Source of the DNA: Podarcis bocagei
Lineage: Eukaryota
Length of the DNA stretch: 64,000 bases
Assembly: GCA_964188305.1 (NCBI GenBank)
Contig: OZ076892.1
Strand: one strand, 5' to 3'
This document shows, piece after piece, positions 24,273 to 37,050 of the stretch (position 1 is the first letter of the stretch; every line of letters starts with the position of its first letter). The notes under the pieces were generated by a model. The model was not told the DNA's origin. It saw nothing but the letters and a program-made list of their open reading frames with translations, and did not search any database. Both the position numbers and the translations under genes were made by a program.

Positions 24273-25509
24273 TACTTGTTTGTTGTCTTCTGCTGCTCTC
24301 CCTTCTTTCCAGAGCCTCCTTGGCTTAAGGCTTAAGCCATTTCTCCTCTAGCACTGAGAATATCTCCCCGCCTTCCCCAGCCTCCTCGCCTAGTTTAATT
24401 GCTGTCTTCCCTTTCAGCTGACATATTGGCATGTTGATGCCTTCTGCTTGTCAGGTTTGCTCTCTCAACCTGAGAGGCTGGTTCCTTTCCACATGCTCAA
24501 GTCATGTGAAATCTAAATCATGCACAAAAGAGTCAGGTTGTCATCCTAAAAGAGGGAAACGTCATGAAAAGGGACTGGGCACAAAACACTTTTGTAATTT
24601 GAAACAAATATGTTCAGATCTGGAGCAAGTTGACATTCTTCACCCAAAATAATCCATACAAACAAAAACTATGATTGCATGCTTTATTCTGAACTTTTGG
24701 TTGCCACCAACTAAGTATTACACAGAGTAAACCAATTAAAATTAACAGACACAACTAACTTAAATCCATTAATTTCAATGGGTCTGTTCTGAGTTGAATG
24801 TAGCTGGAGAAAACCTTTTATATTTGGAGGACAGCAAGAGGCCACAGAGGAACAAATATCAATGCTGCAGCTGGACCAAAAGGACAACTTTTGAGCTTCT
24901 TTACCAGCTTTGAAATAAGCTGTTTTGTCTCAGCAGTATTATGGAGGTAATGTGAAATTAATTTGTGGGAAGGGAAGAGAGAGAATCCGAGCAGCCTTTT
25001 TGTTTTTCCTATAAAGCCCTGTTCTGATGTGCTTTTTGCATTTTGGGAAATTCAAAATGGCTACAACCATTAAAAATGTTTGGCTCTTTTTCTTCTCACT
25101 GGGAGGCAGCAGATAAATATCTACAGGAAAAAAACATTTTTACAGAAAAGTGGGCTGTTCCCCCCAGCAGTTCCTTTTATTTGAGTGGTGTAGTTAAATA
25201 TCTATCCAAATAAAAGGTAGTCATTGAAGCAGGTTTGTTAAAAATATAAAGTCACAGTGTGCCAGCCCATGCAACCTGGAATGACACACCGACAGGTCCA
25301 TCCAACATGTTTTCTAAAATCTCCCTGCAACTGAGCTTGGAAGCTAAATAAAGGAAAATAAAAGGAAGTTGAAATTCCTCCACATCCAAACTCTGCGCTA
25401 GATAAGACTACCCAGAATTTTGCAACATAGAATTGCAGAGGCAAACAAGCCTAAGAGTAAAAGAGTGAAGTGCTCAGAGATGAAAAAGGTGTGTGAATAC
25501 CTTTCATAC

Positions 25510-25596
25510 CTGTATAGAAGCTGGTTTTTCCAATCGAAAACTGATATCTTTCTCAACAAGCAACAAGGCCCCATGAATGCAGCGAGGCACAGCATC
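25510..25596 (-). CDS. PLEKHG4: Coding exon 7 (DAVPRCIHGALLLVEKDISFRLEKPASIQ)
   Basis: Acceptor ctctttcag, donor gtatga, 87 nt, phase 0-0. Confidence 0.88.
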
Positions 25597-25881
25597 CTGA
25601 AAGAGCAGAAACAGAGATTGGAGGAGCCCCTGCTGTTGGCTTTGGCTCTGGTCCAAAGTCTCGCCTGGTCTTATGAGCAGCCGGGCAAGGATCTTTTCTT
25701 CGCTGTTTGCTTTGCACAGACTTTGCTCTGCCTTCCTACAAGCCATTCCATTTTTTAAAGTGAAAGAGACAAATTTGATGGCCTGATGGGCACTGCTACC
25801 CACTTGTTCTAACCAGGTTCCTCTGGTCACTCTTTAGGGTTGGGAAGAAGAGGAAAAACGAGTTGGGAGCAAAGGCCTCAC

Positions 25882-25975
25882 CTGCAGAACAGCTAAAGCT
25901 TTAAAGAGAGCTGGGACTGGAGAGCATCGACGGGCATCTACCAGGATAGTTAGGCCCAAAGCCTGGCACTCGGGC
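25882..25975 (-). CDS. PLEKHG4: Coding exon 6 (RPECQALGLTILVDARRCSPVPALFKALAVLQ)
   Basis: Acceptor gacttccag, donor gtgagg, 94 nt, phase 2-0; translated manually. Confidence 0.92.
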
Positions 25976-27726
25976 CTGGAAGTCAAAAAGAAGAGAAGAC
26001 TTCATTGCTGAGAATCCATACAAGCTATTCCAGAGCGCCCAACTCCAGACAATAGCCTCTCAGCAACAGCAGCCCTCAACAGCCCTCAACCCACTGGCCC
26101 TATTTCTTATACCACCAAGGGTGCTTCTAGACAGGTGGAACTTGGCACTACCCAATTATTGCCCTTCTCTTCCATGATACAAGTGGAATTGCAGCTGACT
26201 GTCCACATTGGTCCTCAGGGCTTTTATATGAGGAATGTTCATGGAGTGGGGGGAGAGAACCACTGCAAAAGGGCACTTTAAAATCATGCATAAGGGCATT
26301 TTTAATCTTCATTTTAAATAACTACACATTTTAATAAATAAATAAATAAATAAATGCACATTTAATTAAATAAGTGTCATTAAACATGGATTGTAATAGT
26401 AAATTATTGTAATTCTAAGGAAACTTAGAATTTAAAATTTAACTTAACACATCAAGAACTCTGAAGGATTTATTATTATTATTTACAAAACCCCACACAG
26501 CATAAATCTCTGGAACAGACCAACGTAGTTTCCTGTGTCTAGTGGACAACAGCAAGACAAGGATCATACTACTATGTACTGTTTACTCCATGAGAATTGC
26601 TCCTTGATAAGTATGTACAGGGTTGCAGCCTGAATTGGTTAGCTTTAAAGGTGCTGATAGGGGACCCAATAGATTTTCAGACCTATGGGAAAAAGTATTC
26701 CCTTCCCCCAGCTTCTTCACTTCTACACATTTCCTCCAAAATATGGAATAAGGTGGAGAGATATTAACTGGGCTAAGATCTGGGAGATCAGGATTAAATT
26801 TCCACTATTGAACCTTGAAGCAGTGAAATCTTTAACCTTACTGTCTTGTCAGCCTAACCTACCTCACAGGGTGGTGGTGGTGATGATGATGATGATAATA
26901 ATGATAATGATGATAACAACAACAATATACCCTACCCATCTGCTTGGGTTTCCCCAGCCACTCTGGGCGACTTCCAGAACATATAAAAACATAATAAAAT
27001 GTTAAAAACTTCCCCATGGGGAAATGGAGAATCATGAGTGCAACCTTGAGCTCCTTGGGAGGAAATGAGGCAATTAATGTAATAAAGAAGATCTCTAGCC
27101 TGTCAACCCCTGGCCGGAGGGTAGTGCTTAGGCAAGGTCTGAAGTTATATAAAAACAAGTAAGTCTTAAAATCAAAGAAAAAATAAAAAAGACACAACCA
27201 GGATTTTCTGGTCTGTGCACATTAGATTCTACATGCAGGTCTTTGGCAAATCCAGTGTGTGAGTTTCTGCTGGGACAGGCTTGCCTGGGTGGGCTGTCCA
27301 GGCACAGTGTCATCCATGCTCCTATACTATGTACTGTATAGGCTTTACATACTATGTTCTCATTTGAACAGTCCCTTGCAGCTTACTACTTTTTGTAGTG
27401 CCATTTAAAATTTGACAAAGCCCTTTATCATTTTTTTATCCTCTCAACTACCCAGTAAAGTAGGCCACAGTGCAATTTTAGCAAAACAACAACAAGAACA
27501 GTACTTCCATCTTGAAGGTTCATTAAGTTGCTGTGCTCAGGGCTTGATGGCCCCGATGCCTCCTGATTTTCAAAAGTATCTCTGCAAACAGCACACATGG
27601 AGAAGAAATGCAGCCCGCAGAACGGGAAACACTAGAAGGCCTACTGGTGTGATACATATATTGCGCAGTATTTCTTCCTGCTCTAGTCACTCTCTCCTTC
27701 TTCCCTTCCTCAGACATCCCACAAAC

Positions 27727-27850
27727 CTGAGGACACTCCGTAAGTACAGGAGGAGGCGCATCAGCTCACTAGCATTGCAGTGTGGGTTTAGCCAAATTGT
27801 ATTCCTCATTGTGATGATGACCACAGCATGTCCATACTTGTCTCTGGTGC
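27727..27850 (-). CDS. PLEKHG4: Coding exon 5, Sec14-like region (GTRDKYGHAVVII...LMRLLLYLRSVLR)
   Basis: cag acceptor, gtttgt donor, 124 nt, phase 1-2. Confidence 0.92.
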
Positions 27851-29419
27851 CTGTGAATAAGGATGATTTGGTTAAATCTGGCGACGGGGCAGGAATTACA
27901 GTTATGCTCTTTCCACGCACAGGAAGCCCTTGGGAAATGTTGGCCATTGGCCATTCGCCTGGACAGGTAAAATGCAGGCAGACACACAGACTTTATTCTA
28001 ATGAGATAACCTGTGGCTCCTAATCCTTTTAGTGGACAAAACACCTAGGAGGTTTCACCTTGGGCCTTTGATCCAAAAGGATGTCTCTGTTGGAACCCCA
28101 ACACAGAAGATTCCCTGGGCTCTCTTCTAAACAAGACTAGCCTGACTTAGTGAGGTAGAAGGATGAAAGTGTGAAAGACGCTTGCTTTAAAAAAAAGGCA
28201 GTTCACAGTTCTTTCCTTCTTTTACTTGGGTTGGGTGCTTTTATTTGCAGGATTTTCATGCAAATGCAGTATGTGAAACACCATTTGAAAACTACAAGTA
28301 GTACTACTACCTAGTAATTAAGACTAGAGCCCAAAGACCGAAGACATGGACTACTGGTTTATTATCCAGTTAGTTAGTTACATCTGTCTCTTGCTTTTCT
28401 ACCAAATGTTGCTCAAGAAAGCTAACTACAATAAAATGCAAAATAACAATAAAACATAAAAATAGCTGAAGTAAATCATTAACAGAACTTCCCCTCAAAC
28501 CTGGAAACTTTTTTTGCCTCCTGCTATTCCCTTCCAATCACTCTTTAATATCTTTTTAAAAATATATATTCTGCCACCCTAAGGCGCTGATTAGCTTAAA
28601 CAAATACATGGTTATTTAACGTAACATAAATAAAATCAATACAAGAACCTGCCTTCACCTGTTGCCTCCAGCCCAGCAAGGGCCACCCAGTCTAGCAGCT
28701 GCTATTGTAAGCCTCAAACCTCAGTTGGCTTTTCTCCTCCCCACCTTTAAAAAGGAGTCTTAAGCATGCAAAACCATATCCACTCATTCACTGAAGACCC
28801 ACTCACGACTGCAATATTCAATGAATGAACAGAAGAATGAATGAATACCAAAAAACAAACACATTTTGAAAACCTGTATCCTAGAAGCAGAATTTGTTAA
28901 CAAAGACAAATGCAAACCTGCATACCAGTATTTAGGTCCTTAGGGCAGAATTTGGCATCTGTGGACATACAATGAACAGAGTGCTGTCAATGAAGACCCC
29001 ACTCAAGCATTAGAGTGGTCCTCTGAAAGCTCCATTTCCCCCCCACATCTTCAAAACAAGCAAGCAATCTCAGCATGTGTTGGAGAGGCTACAGAACCAA
29101 TGTGGGAAAGGGTTTGACAGTCAGCCACCATGCTTTGGGAATCCTGCTGTGTCAAGTCACACTGGCCCTCAGGCAAAGGCAGTGAGCAGCTCATAGCAGC
29201 CCCATCAGTGCAGGTAGTCTTGCCTCTTTCACTTTGAGATGGGCAATGTTTCGTGTCTGCTGTAAGCACTACAAGCCAAAGGAGAAGCATAGAATGATCT
29301 GGTCTATAAGGTAAACATTAAGCTTCACTCAGGCACACACACAACCCTTCTCCACCTGCTGCCTTTTTGCAAAGGCAAAAGAATTTCAGCAACAGTCCAT
29401 GAAGAGCCATGCTTATTAC

Positions 29420-29635
29420 CTGGCAGGCAGGCAACTCCACTCCTAAGCACCTCCCAGTTTACATCCTTCATGGAAGTGGGGACAGTTTGCTGACTTCCAC
29501 CAGATGGAACGAAGGGATATTCTTGGTGTGTGGCCACTGCTGACCCTTCTTCCCAGATAGATCCATGATCAGCTGGCACCAGCCTAACTTGGTCACCTCC
29601 TCTGCTGAATTCTTCTACCCATTTCAATGAGGCTT
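29420..29635 (-). CDS. PLEKHG4: Coding exon 4 (...KDVNWEVLRSGVACLPG)
   Basis: Acceptor ctttttcttttacag, donor gtaata, 216 nt, phase 1-1; resembles human DLCWELLASGMATLPG. Confidence 0.88.
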
Positions 29636-30316
29636 CTGTAAAAGAAAAAGTGATGCTAGAAGAATAGATCTATCACCAACTTTGTGTTGGGTATTTGGCC
29701 GTGAAGCTTGGGTTATAAAATTGTTCCTCTTAAGGCCTCTTTTGCATAGGAGAATCAGGAGAAGAAGGAAGGGTTGGTTTGGCAGGTTTGCTTGCCTGCC
29801 TTCATTTTCACTGTGCAACTACAGCCCATGCTGTTGCAGATGCACATAGAGACCCGTGTCACCATTGCCAAATAAATTCAGAGAAAATTGGTTTATTTAT
29901 TAAACTGCAACAGTTAAAAATAAAGCAAATATAATAAACACAAATATACCCAATTATAGTGTGTTTAAAAGCCACTACTCCACACACCTGCTTATTCATA
30001 GCCATTGAACATCAGCCCAAAGAGGGGAGGGTAGTAACAGCTCCCATGGGAAATATACCAGCTGAGACCTAGAGAAACAACACAGGACCAAATTCAAGAC
30101 GGGCAGGTTTCTAATCTGACTGCACCATTTTCCTGATCTAAATGCCCCCTAACTGAAGCTGTCCTGTAGGGGGATATAGGTGCCTAGGATAAAAGCAGCT
30201 TCAGGGTTGGGGAGGCAATTTAGATTGGAAAAACAGCACAGAAGGAAAGGGTTAAATGTCTCCTGTCCAAGTGCTAATCCCCATTTATCCAATTTGTGAG
30301 GCTCTATGTCTGCATT

Positions 30317-30394
30317 GAAGACAGGGGTGCCCGGCGTGCTCTGGTCCATGGAGTCACGAAGAGTTCGGACACGACTAAACGACTAAACAACAAC
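30317..30394 (+). mobile_element. RTE/Bov-B LINE 3' tail with TSD
   Basis: GGCGTGCTCTGGTCCATGGAGTCACGAAGAG...GACACGACTAAACGACTAAACAACAAC; GTCTGCATT is duplicated at 30308-30316 and 30395-30403. Confidence 0.8.
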
Positions 30395-30403
30395 GTCTGC
30401 ATT

Positions 30404-30603
30404 NNNNNNNNNNNNNNNNNNNNNNNNNNNNNNNNNNNNNNNNNNNNNNNNNNNNNNNNNNNNNNNNNNNNNNNNNNNNNNNNNNNNNNNNNNNNNNNNN
30501 NNNNNNNNNNNNNNNNNNNNNNNNNNNNNNNNNNNNNNNNNNNNNNNNNNNNNNNNNNNNNNNNNNNNNNNNNNNNNNNNNNNNNNNNNNNNNNNNNNNN
30601 NNN
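30404..30603. other. Assembly gap (200 N)
   Basis: Run of exactly 200 N. Confidence 1.
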
Positions 30604-30998
30604 AGAACTGATGTAATTCGTTCTTTGCTGTAACTGAGAAGGTGGGCTGCTGTGTGTTTTTGCCAAGTGAAGCTTCTGGATATATCACCATCTAGGGATG
30701 CCCAAGATAGAATGTATTACAGTAGTTTGGCCTTGAGAGACTAAAAGAAGCTAAGCAACACCCGTTATTACCTACTTCTCTCCCCTAGAGCACACATCCT
30801 GCTGCATATAATGGAAACAGGAGTTGCTAGATGTCTGGGGCAGCCAACCTTGGTGACAAACCATCTTGATGTTTTGATAGCAAAGCTGCCAACAACTCAA
30901 TTAAACACAATTTGTGTATATCGCAGCCAGACCCAAGTGAAGACTCGCAGGGAGCAAGCTTTCAGAGCCAAGCAGGGCAAGAAGTGCAACCCTGACAC

Positions 30999-31001
<3 letters not shown>

Positions 31002-31039
<38 letters not shown>
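31002..31039. repeat. (CA)n microsatellite
   Basis: Direct reading. Confidence 0.95.
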
Positions 31040-31042
<3 letters not shown>

Positions 31043-31197
31043 CCCTCTCCAAAGTCTGCTGCCATAGGCCTGCTGTCTGCTGGTGTGGTGTGACATCTGG
31101 TCTCCACTCCAGGCCCTTGTGCCAAGGACCCACTTCCTCAAAAAGCACCTCTGCACAGGTCTCGTTCATTTCAAGGGAGTTTGCAAATTAGAGAAAT

Positions 31198-31390
31198 GGC
31201 TCATAGTTCAGTGGGATAGCAACCAATTTGCCCACAGAAGGTCCAAAGGTTCTATCCCCGCTGGCTTCTCCAGGATGGGATATTAAAGACTCCTCTCTGA
31301 AACTCTGGAGAGCCACTGGAAGTCAGTGTAGACAGTACTAAGCTAGTTGGACAAATGGATTTGACTAAGCATAAGGCAACTTCCTATGTT
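31198..31390 (+). mobile_element. Degenerate tRNA-derived squamate SINE
   Basis: A/B-box-like head, then CTCTGGAGAGCCAC...GTCAGTGTAGACAGTAC...CTTCCTATGTT; a related copy lies at about 41880-42065. Confidence 0.6.
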
Positions 31391-32025
31391 TTAACATAAA
31401 TCCAACTGGATTCTGCCCACATAACCAACCCTGCTGGTGCAGCATATCTCTGAAGCCAACCACCAAGAAAGGACAGGGAGAAGGAGTCAGGAAGGAACAG
31501 ACAGACAAATACACACTCAGGTTTCCTAAACAGCCAGTTTTTGCCTTCCACAATAGAGCATGCAAGATGCTCTAACCTGCTTGAAGCATTCATCAAGATC
31601 TTTACCTAAATGCTTCTTCAGGGAGGGAGCTTCATTTGCCTTATGGATCATTTTGAAATGTGTGTTAAGCAACAACTGTGTGGGCAGGTAGGCCGGCAGG
31701 CAGCCGATTCCTCTGACTCAGCTCCAGCACGTGCCGAGCGAGCAGGCAAACTCACTCACATGCGCTCCACAAGTGCACACCAAGCAAGGCCTGTTTCTTT
31801 TCATGTCACAACAACAAGGACATCCCTAATGGACTGCTTCCCTGCCCATCTTCTCATCCTTCTGTTTCCACCCCAGGTGATTTTTCCTAGCTGCTGCAGC
31901 AAAAATAAGCCATGATTTGGTTTTGCATGTTGTCTGGACCCAGGCTTATGATTTGTCTCACTCCATAGCACAAGTTGCAACCAAGTGGGTTTCTAGCTCA
32001 CAGTCTGCCAGGGGGAGAAAAACTA

Positions 32026-32360
32026 CAGTGGTGCCTTGCAAGACAAAAATAATCCGTTCTGTGATTCTCTTCATCTAACGGTTTTTTCGTCTTGCGAAGC
32101 AAGCCCATTGAAGGATTAGCGGATTAGCGCTATTAGCGGCTTTTAGCGGCTTATCTGCTGATCGGATCAGCTGATAAGCGGCTTAGCGGCTTAGAAAAAG
32201 GGGGGGAGGGGGGAAAAACCAGCAGGAACTCGCAAGACATTGTTGTCTTGCGAAGCAAGCCCATAGGAAATTCGTTTTGCGAAGCACCTCCAAAACGGAA
32301 AACTCTTTCGTCTAGCGAGTTTTCCGTCTTGCGAGGCATTCATCTTGCGGGGCACCACTG
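32026..32360. mobile_element. Tc1/mariner (Tigger-like) MITE with internal TAGCGG repeats
   Basis: TA|CAGTGGTGCCTTGCAAGAC...TCTTGCGGGGCACCACTG|TA. Confidence 0.85.
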
Positions 32361-33015
32361 TACAAGCCTGGGTTCAGACAACATGCTAAGCCAAACCATG
32401 GTTTAGCTCAAGGTAGCAGGGCAGCAGCAGCAAGGCTGGAAGAGGAGCAAAGCTGCGACCTCATCTCTGGGAACCCTCATGCCTGCATATTTAAGTTTAG
32501 ATTAGTGTTATAAAAGCACTATAGAGGCCTATGTATATGCTGCACAAACACTCAAAAAATCAAAATCCTGCAACCAGAAAATTAAATTATGTATCCAGAA
32601 AAGTTTGCACACTTCAAATGTATGCAAATTGCTTATTTGCACAAAATGGACCATAGGAAGAGTCCTGTTGGATCAGGCCAATGACCCGATGCCTGTAGGA
32701 AACTGGCAAGCAGGACCCTTCATGGAACACAAGGGCTAGAAATTTGTGTGGGTTTTTTGTGGGGTGTGTGTGTGTCATTTTTTATGGAGGATGGGAAAAG
32801 GAGAGCGGAAATTGGTAGGATTATTACTATTTATATTCAACCCTAATTTAGTCAAAAAATGTCCTAGGATACTCTGAGGATGCTAAAGCTCCTCCCTGGT
32901 GCAGGGAAGCATCAGAGGAGGCCTGAACTCTCAACCTTGCCTTCCTTGCATAAAAGTCACTTTGCCAGAAGAACAAACAAACCCACATTTCCCAAATTAA
33001 TGACACAAATCCTAC

Positions 33016-34951
33016 CTGTGACTACTTGGTCCCCATTTGAGACATTCCTGGTGCTTCCTTGTAACCTCGTTTTCACTGGTGCAGAGGGCAGGGGTGCTAC
33101 TGGGCCCTCCTTATTGGGTTGGGGCTTGCCTGTCAAACATTCCACCTTTGGGGGGGTTTCCAATATCAAAGTGTTTGGTTTGCTTAGCAGGTATGGTAGG
33201 TCCACCCAGCAAGCCGCAGCTTCTTCTTTGTTACCCTGATTAGAAGCATCCTCAACTTGTGCATCTGTCTCCACAGAAGGGCTGCTGCAGCTGCTCCCCA
33301 ACATTTTTGCTGGTATCCCAGAACTGAGAGGCAGAAAAGCACTCTCAGCTTGCTGTTGAGAACAATCCACATTCTCTTGCCCAGCCTCTTGGAGCAGGTG
33401 TGCCTCTGTCTCACCTTGGAGTGTGCTTCCAGAACTGGTCTGCTTCTCCTTCTCAGAGAGGCTTTGCTTGGCTAAACATTGGAGGTTTTCCTCTCCATAA
33501 ACACTGCTACCCAACCCCACTAATGCCTCTGCTGGCCTTGGGCTCACCTTCTCCAACTGCTCAACTGGGTGATGGTGCTCCACCATCCACTCAGAAGTGT
33601 GACATGTGACTTCTACTGACAGTTCTTGTGAGAGGTGACCGTGTGCTGCCGCCCTCACATCAGAGAAGGGTTTTGGTGGCAGAGACTTTGGCATGGGTGG
33701 GGAAAAGGCATTCTCCTGCAACCTTGGGCTGGAAGGGTCAGAGTCCTTGGCCAAATGTCCCAAATGAGGCTCAGGGAAGTTATCCTTCCCAGAACTCCCA
33801 CAACCCTCCCTGGTGCCTGTTCCTAGCACACTAGAGCAATAGCCATGCTCAGAGACCCTGCTGCCATTTTCCAGCTCTGTGCTATTCCTCTGAGCTGTCT
33901 CTGTCATTTCAGAAGCCACAGCTGTCAGAGACCTGCATTCAGCATCTTCTCCATCATGGTAGCTGCACATTGCGTACCTCCAGTCAAGCTCATGTCCTGG
34001 CTGGGCCTGCCCCTTTACATCAGAAGGCTCCTTGGGATCAGAGCCAGCAGCAGGCCCCTCATAATTTTCCAATAGCAATTTGTTACTTTCTAGTTCATGA
34101 TCATCCTCCAAAAGATTCCTAGCATTACTGGCCTGGGTATCAGAGAGCTTTGCTGTGTCCAGATGCCCATGTGGCATTGGTATGACTGCTAAACCAACTC
34201 TATTCCTCAGGCAAGTGCTGCTGTCCTGACTGGCTGCAGGCTTGTCCTTTACTCTCATCCTCGGCTTAGTGCAGTAACTGAGGGAGACTGATTGAGGTCC
34301 AAATTTAGTCAGTGAAACGTCTGTGAGCTCCACATATTCCCCTTCCAGGTCACTTATAGAGTCTTCTCTAAGGCCTGGGCTCACACACTCCATGCTAGCA
34401 GCTGCCCTCACAAGTTGCTCTGTTGTATTGGTCATAAAGAAGCTGTCTTCAGGTAAACTTGGCCCATTAAAAAGTTGGGACTCCACTTCAAGGGAGCTGC
34501 TTTGAGACGGCACCTCTGAAAAGACCAAATCTGAAGGCTGTTCAGTCACTGGAACAGAACTTAGGCCACCGTTCATTTCTGGGGGGCTTTCAATAAATTC
34601 TGGATTGACTATTCTGTCCCAGGGCACCCGGAATATTTTATCTTCTGTGCCTAGTAAGCAGTTTTCCAGTGCCATTCCCATCCGCTCCCTGTTGATGCCA
34701 TTCAGCCATTCCACAGTGAAAATGGAAGTGTAGGAGACTTCAGGGACCACAAGCTCATCAACATTATGCTTGTCCTCGGCCAAACATTTCACAATGATTC
34801 GTGGGGACTTTTTCAAGTAAGGGACCACCTGCAGATAAAAGTCTCCTGGTCTCAGGATCCGCCAGTCGAAGGAGCCAAGTTGAACTACAATCTTCTCATG
34901 GATGCAGAGGGGCCAGCCCTCATGCCGGAACAGCAATCCACAATACTGGAC
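33016..34951 (-). CDS. PLEKHG4: Coding exon 3, a giant 1936-nt exon (VQYCGLLFRHEGWPLCIHEK...GDQVVT)
   Basis: Acceptor ttccttcag; follows ORF 32957..34936; HEGWPLC and LRPGDFYLQV motifs; donor G|gtagga, phase 1, matches exon 4. The donor is less certain than the acceptor. Confidence 0.88.
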
Positions 34952-36852
34952 CTGAAGGAAAATGATAATCCAGGTGAACTGACCGCAAGTAGGTTTTCAG
35001 AACAGACAACAGACATCCTAATAATGATCTCATAGCTTTCTATTAACAGCAGCACAAATGGAAACAGCCGGATGCTGGAAAACTGGGGCTGGTCTTACAT
35101 TGACTTTTGGCATGTCTGAGTGTGCACAACCCATTTTATTTCTATATAATACATGGCAAATTGTGATGAGAGTATCTCAAAGACCCCCCTGACTCACTAG
35201 TAAGATCTTCAGGTAACGCCACCTTTCAATGTAGCTATTAGAGACCTTCCCCTGTGGTGCTACATTGTATACCTTCTTCCCCGTATCTATCAATTTGCTG
35301 CTCTTCATGTTTAGGTTTCTAAGAGCAATGAAATCTTGTTGAACGCTTTTTCTTTTTCAGCTTTGCAAAGTTTATGTGGTTGCAGTCCTGGAGCATTTTA
35401 AAAAATGTCAGGCATTTCCATGCCCTTCAGAACATCAATCCCAGGATGAATGTTTTATTTACTTGTCAATTTTTTTGTTTTGCTGTGAAACTGTTTTAAA
35501 GGATGAGTCAGGGACCAGGATCAAAAGGCAAAGCATCAATGCATCAATAAGCAAAAAGCTGCTCAATGAAGCATTTTGGTGGTAGCAACACCAAGGGGGA
35601 GGGGCTTTCCATTCTCCTGTTCACTTTGAATGTGGTTCTACAGCTTGAGAAAAGAGGAAAGAAGGATGGTGGTGATCCTGAAGCCACAGAAAAGCTAGAA
35701 CAGGCCCCAGGTCCTTCCCTGCTTTGGATTTAGTCTGCCTACGCAACCCGCAACCCTCTGACTGACTCTGCGCACAAAAACAAGTCCCTTTGACTTCCAT
35801 GGAAAGCCAATTTGGGTATGAAAACACGCTACGGCACGAGTCCCACACAGAGGCAGCACTGCTAGGAGGCAAGCTGGGGCAGCCATCCCTGGGGACAGGT
35901 TTTGGGTTCCATGAAGACCATGATAGGTTACAATCTTCCAATTCTTCTATGTAAGTCCCACTGAAATGAATGTGCAGCAGTGGGGAGGGAGGGAAGAGCC
36001 ACCTGGATGTTCCACATCATGCACCAGAGTCCTGGGCCAGATCTGGTTCCGTAAAGTCTGCACAAACCAGAGAGCCACAGTTGCTACTGGAGAAGGAGCC
36101 TCCTTAGCAGCTACTGAGTTCCGCAAATATTGTGACAGCAAAGGAGAACAGAGGCAAAACTTCTGATTGGGCAATCACTTGGCACCTTTCCATCAGAAAC
36201 TTGACAGTCTGCTGCCTGCCAAGAGTAGGTGGGGGGAGGGAGCTGAAGGTGAGTAACTGTAGAATCCAGGCAAGAGAACACACCTCCTACAAGACACCCC
36301 ACCCTTTTTGTTCTTGCGTTAATATGCATCTATAGAGAACATGTGGCTAATGGAGGGCATGTTTTGTTGCTAATGTTCAGGCTGGACCCTCAAGCTAGGA
36401 TGCCGGCATGGCAATGCAGCGGGGTTGGAAGGAGGTCACACGGTGACTGGACTTCAACACTGATGCACTTGCATAAAACAAAATGTTTTTGAATCCGAAA
36501 AAACATTGTTTTTCTTAAGTAGGACAGTTACATAATTGTTCACTATGATAAACACTTAACAAGTCAGAACGTTTAAAGATTCCAAAATAATCACTGCTAC
36601 TGGGAGGTGGGGGTGGAGATGGAGAATCCAGAGTATGTCTCATTGCCATGGGCAAGAGGGCAGCGTCCCCTTAAGGATTATTTGGCTACCCTTTGACTAC
36701 TTTCACCAGTGCATCCGGTGGCACGGCTCCCTGTCCCCCCTCCTCCTTAGCTGAGTAGGAGCCTAGGCATGAGCATCATGGCGGGTTCTCAGCTCCCACC
36801 TGCAGCGCTAGCAGAATCTTCTGGGCCAACCTGGAGGCAGCATGATACTCAC

Positions 36853-37050
36853 ACAGGCATCCTGCTGAACGCACTGCAAGATGTGCTTGGCTGGAATCAG
36901 AAAGTCGATGAGGTAGTGCAGGCCGTCCCCACGGTATGTCTTCTCCACCACATCAAAGACCTGGCACAGAACCGTGGCTGCTGTGACCTCGAATGGAGGG
37001 TAGAGTGCCGAGAGCGTACTCTGGATACAACTGTCCAGGGACTGGGAATC
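36853..37050 (-). CDS. PLEKHG4: Coding exon 2 ([32 protein letters not shown]...QQDAC), not in the ORF track
   Basis: Acceptor ttctcttggcag, donor gtgagt, 198 nt, phase 0-0; carries the family N-terminal LYPPF motif. Confidence 0.93.

Noticed and set aside
30296-30691. ORFs containing X runs
   Set aside because: Artefacts of translating through the N gap.
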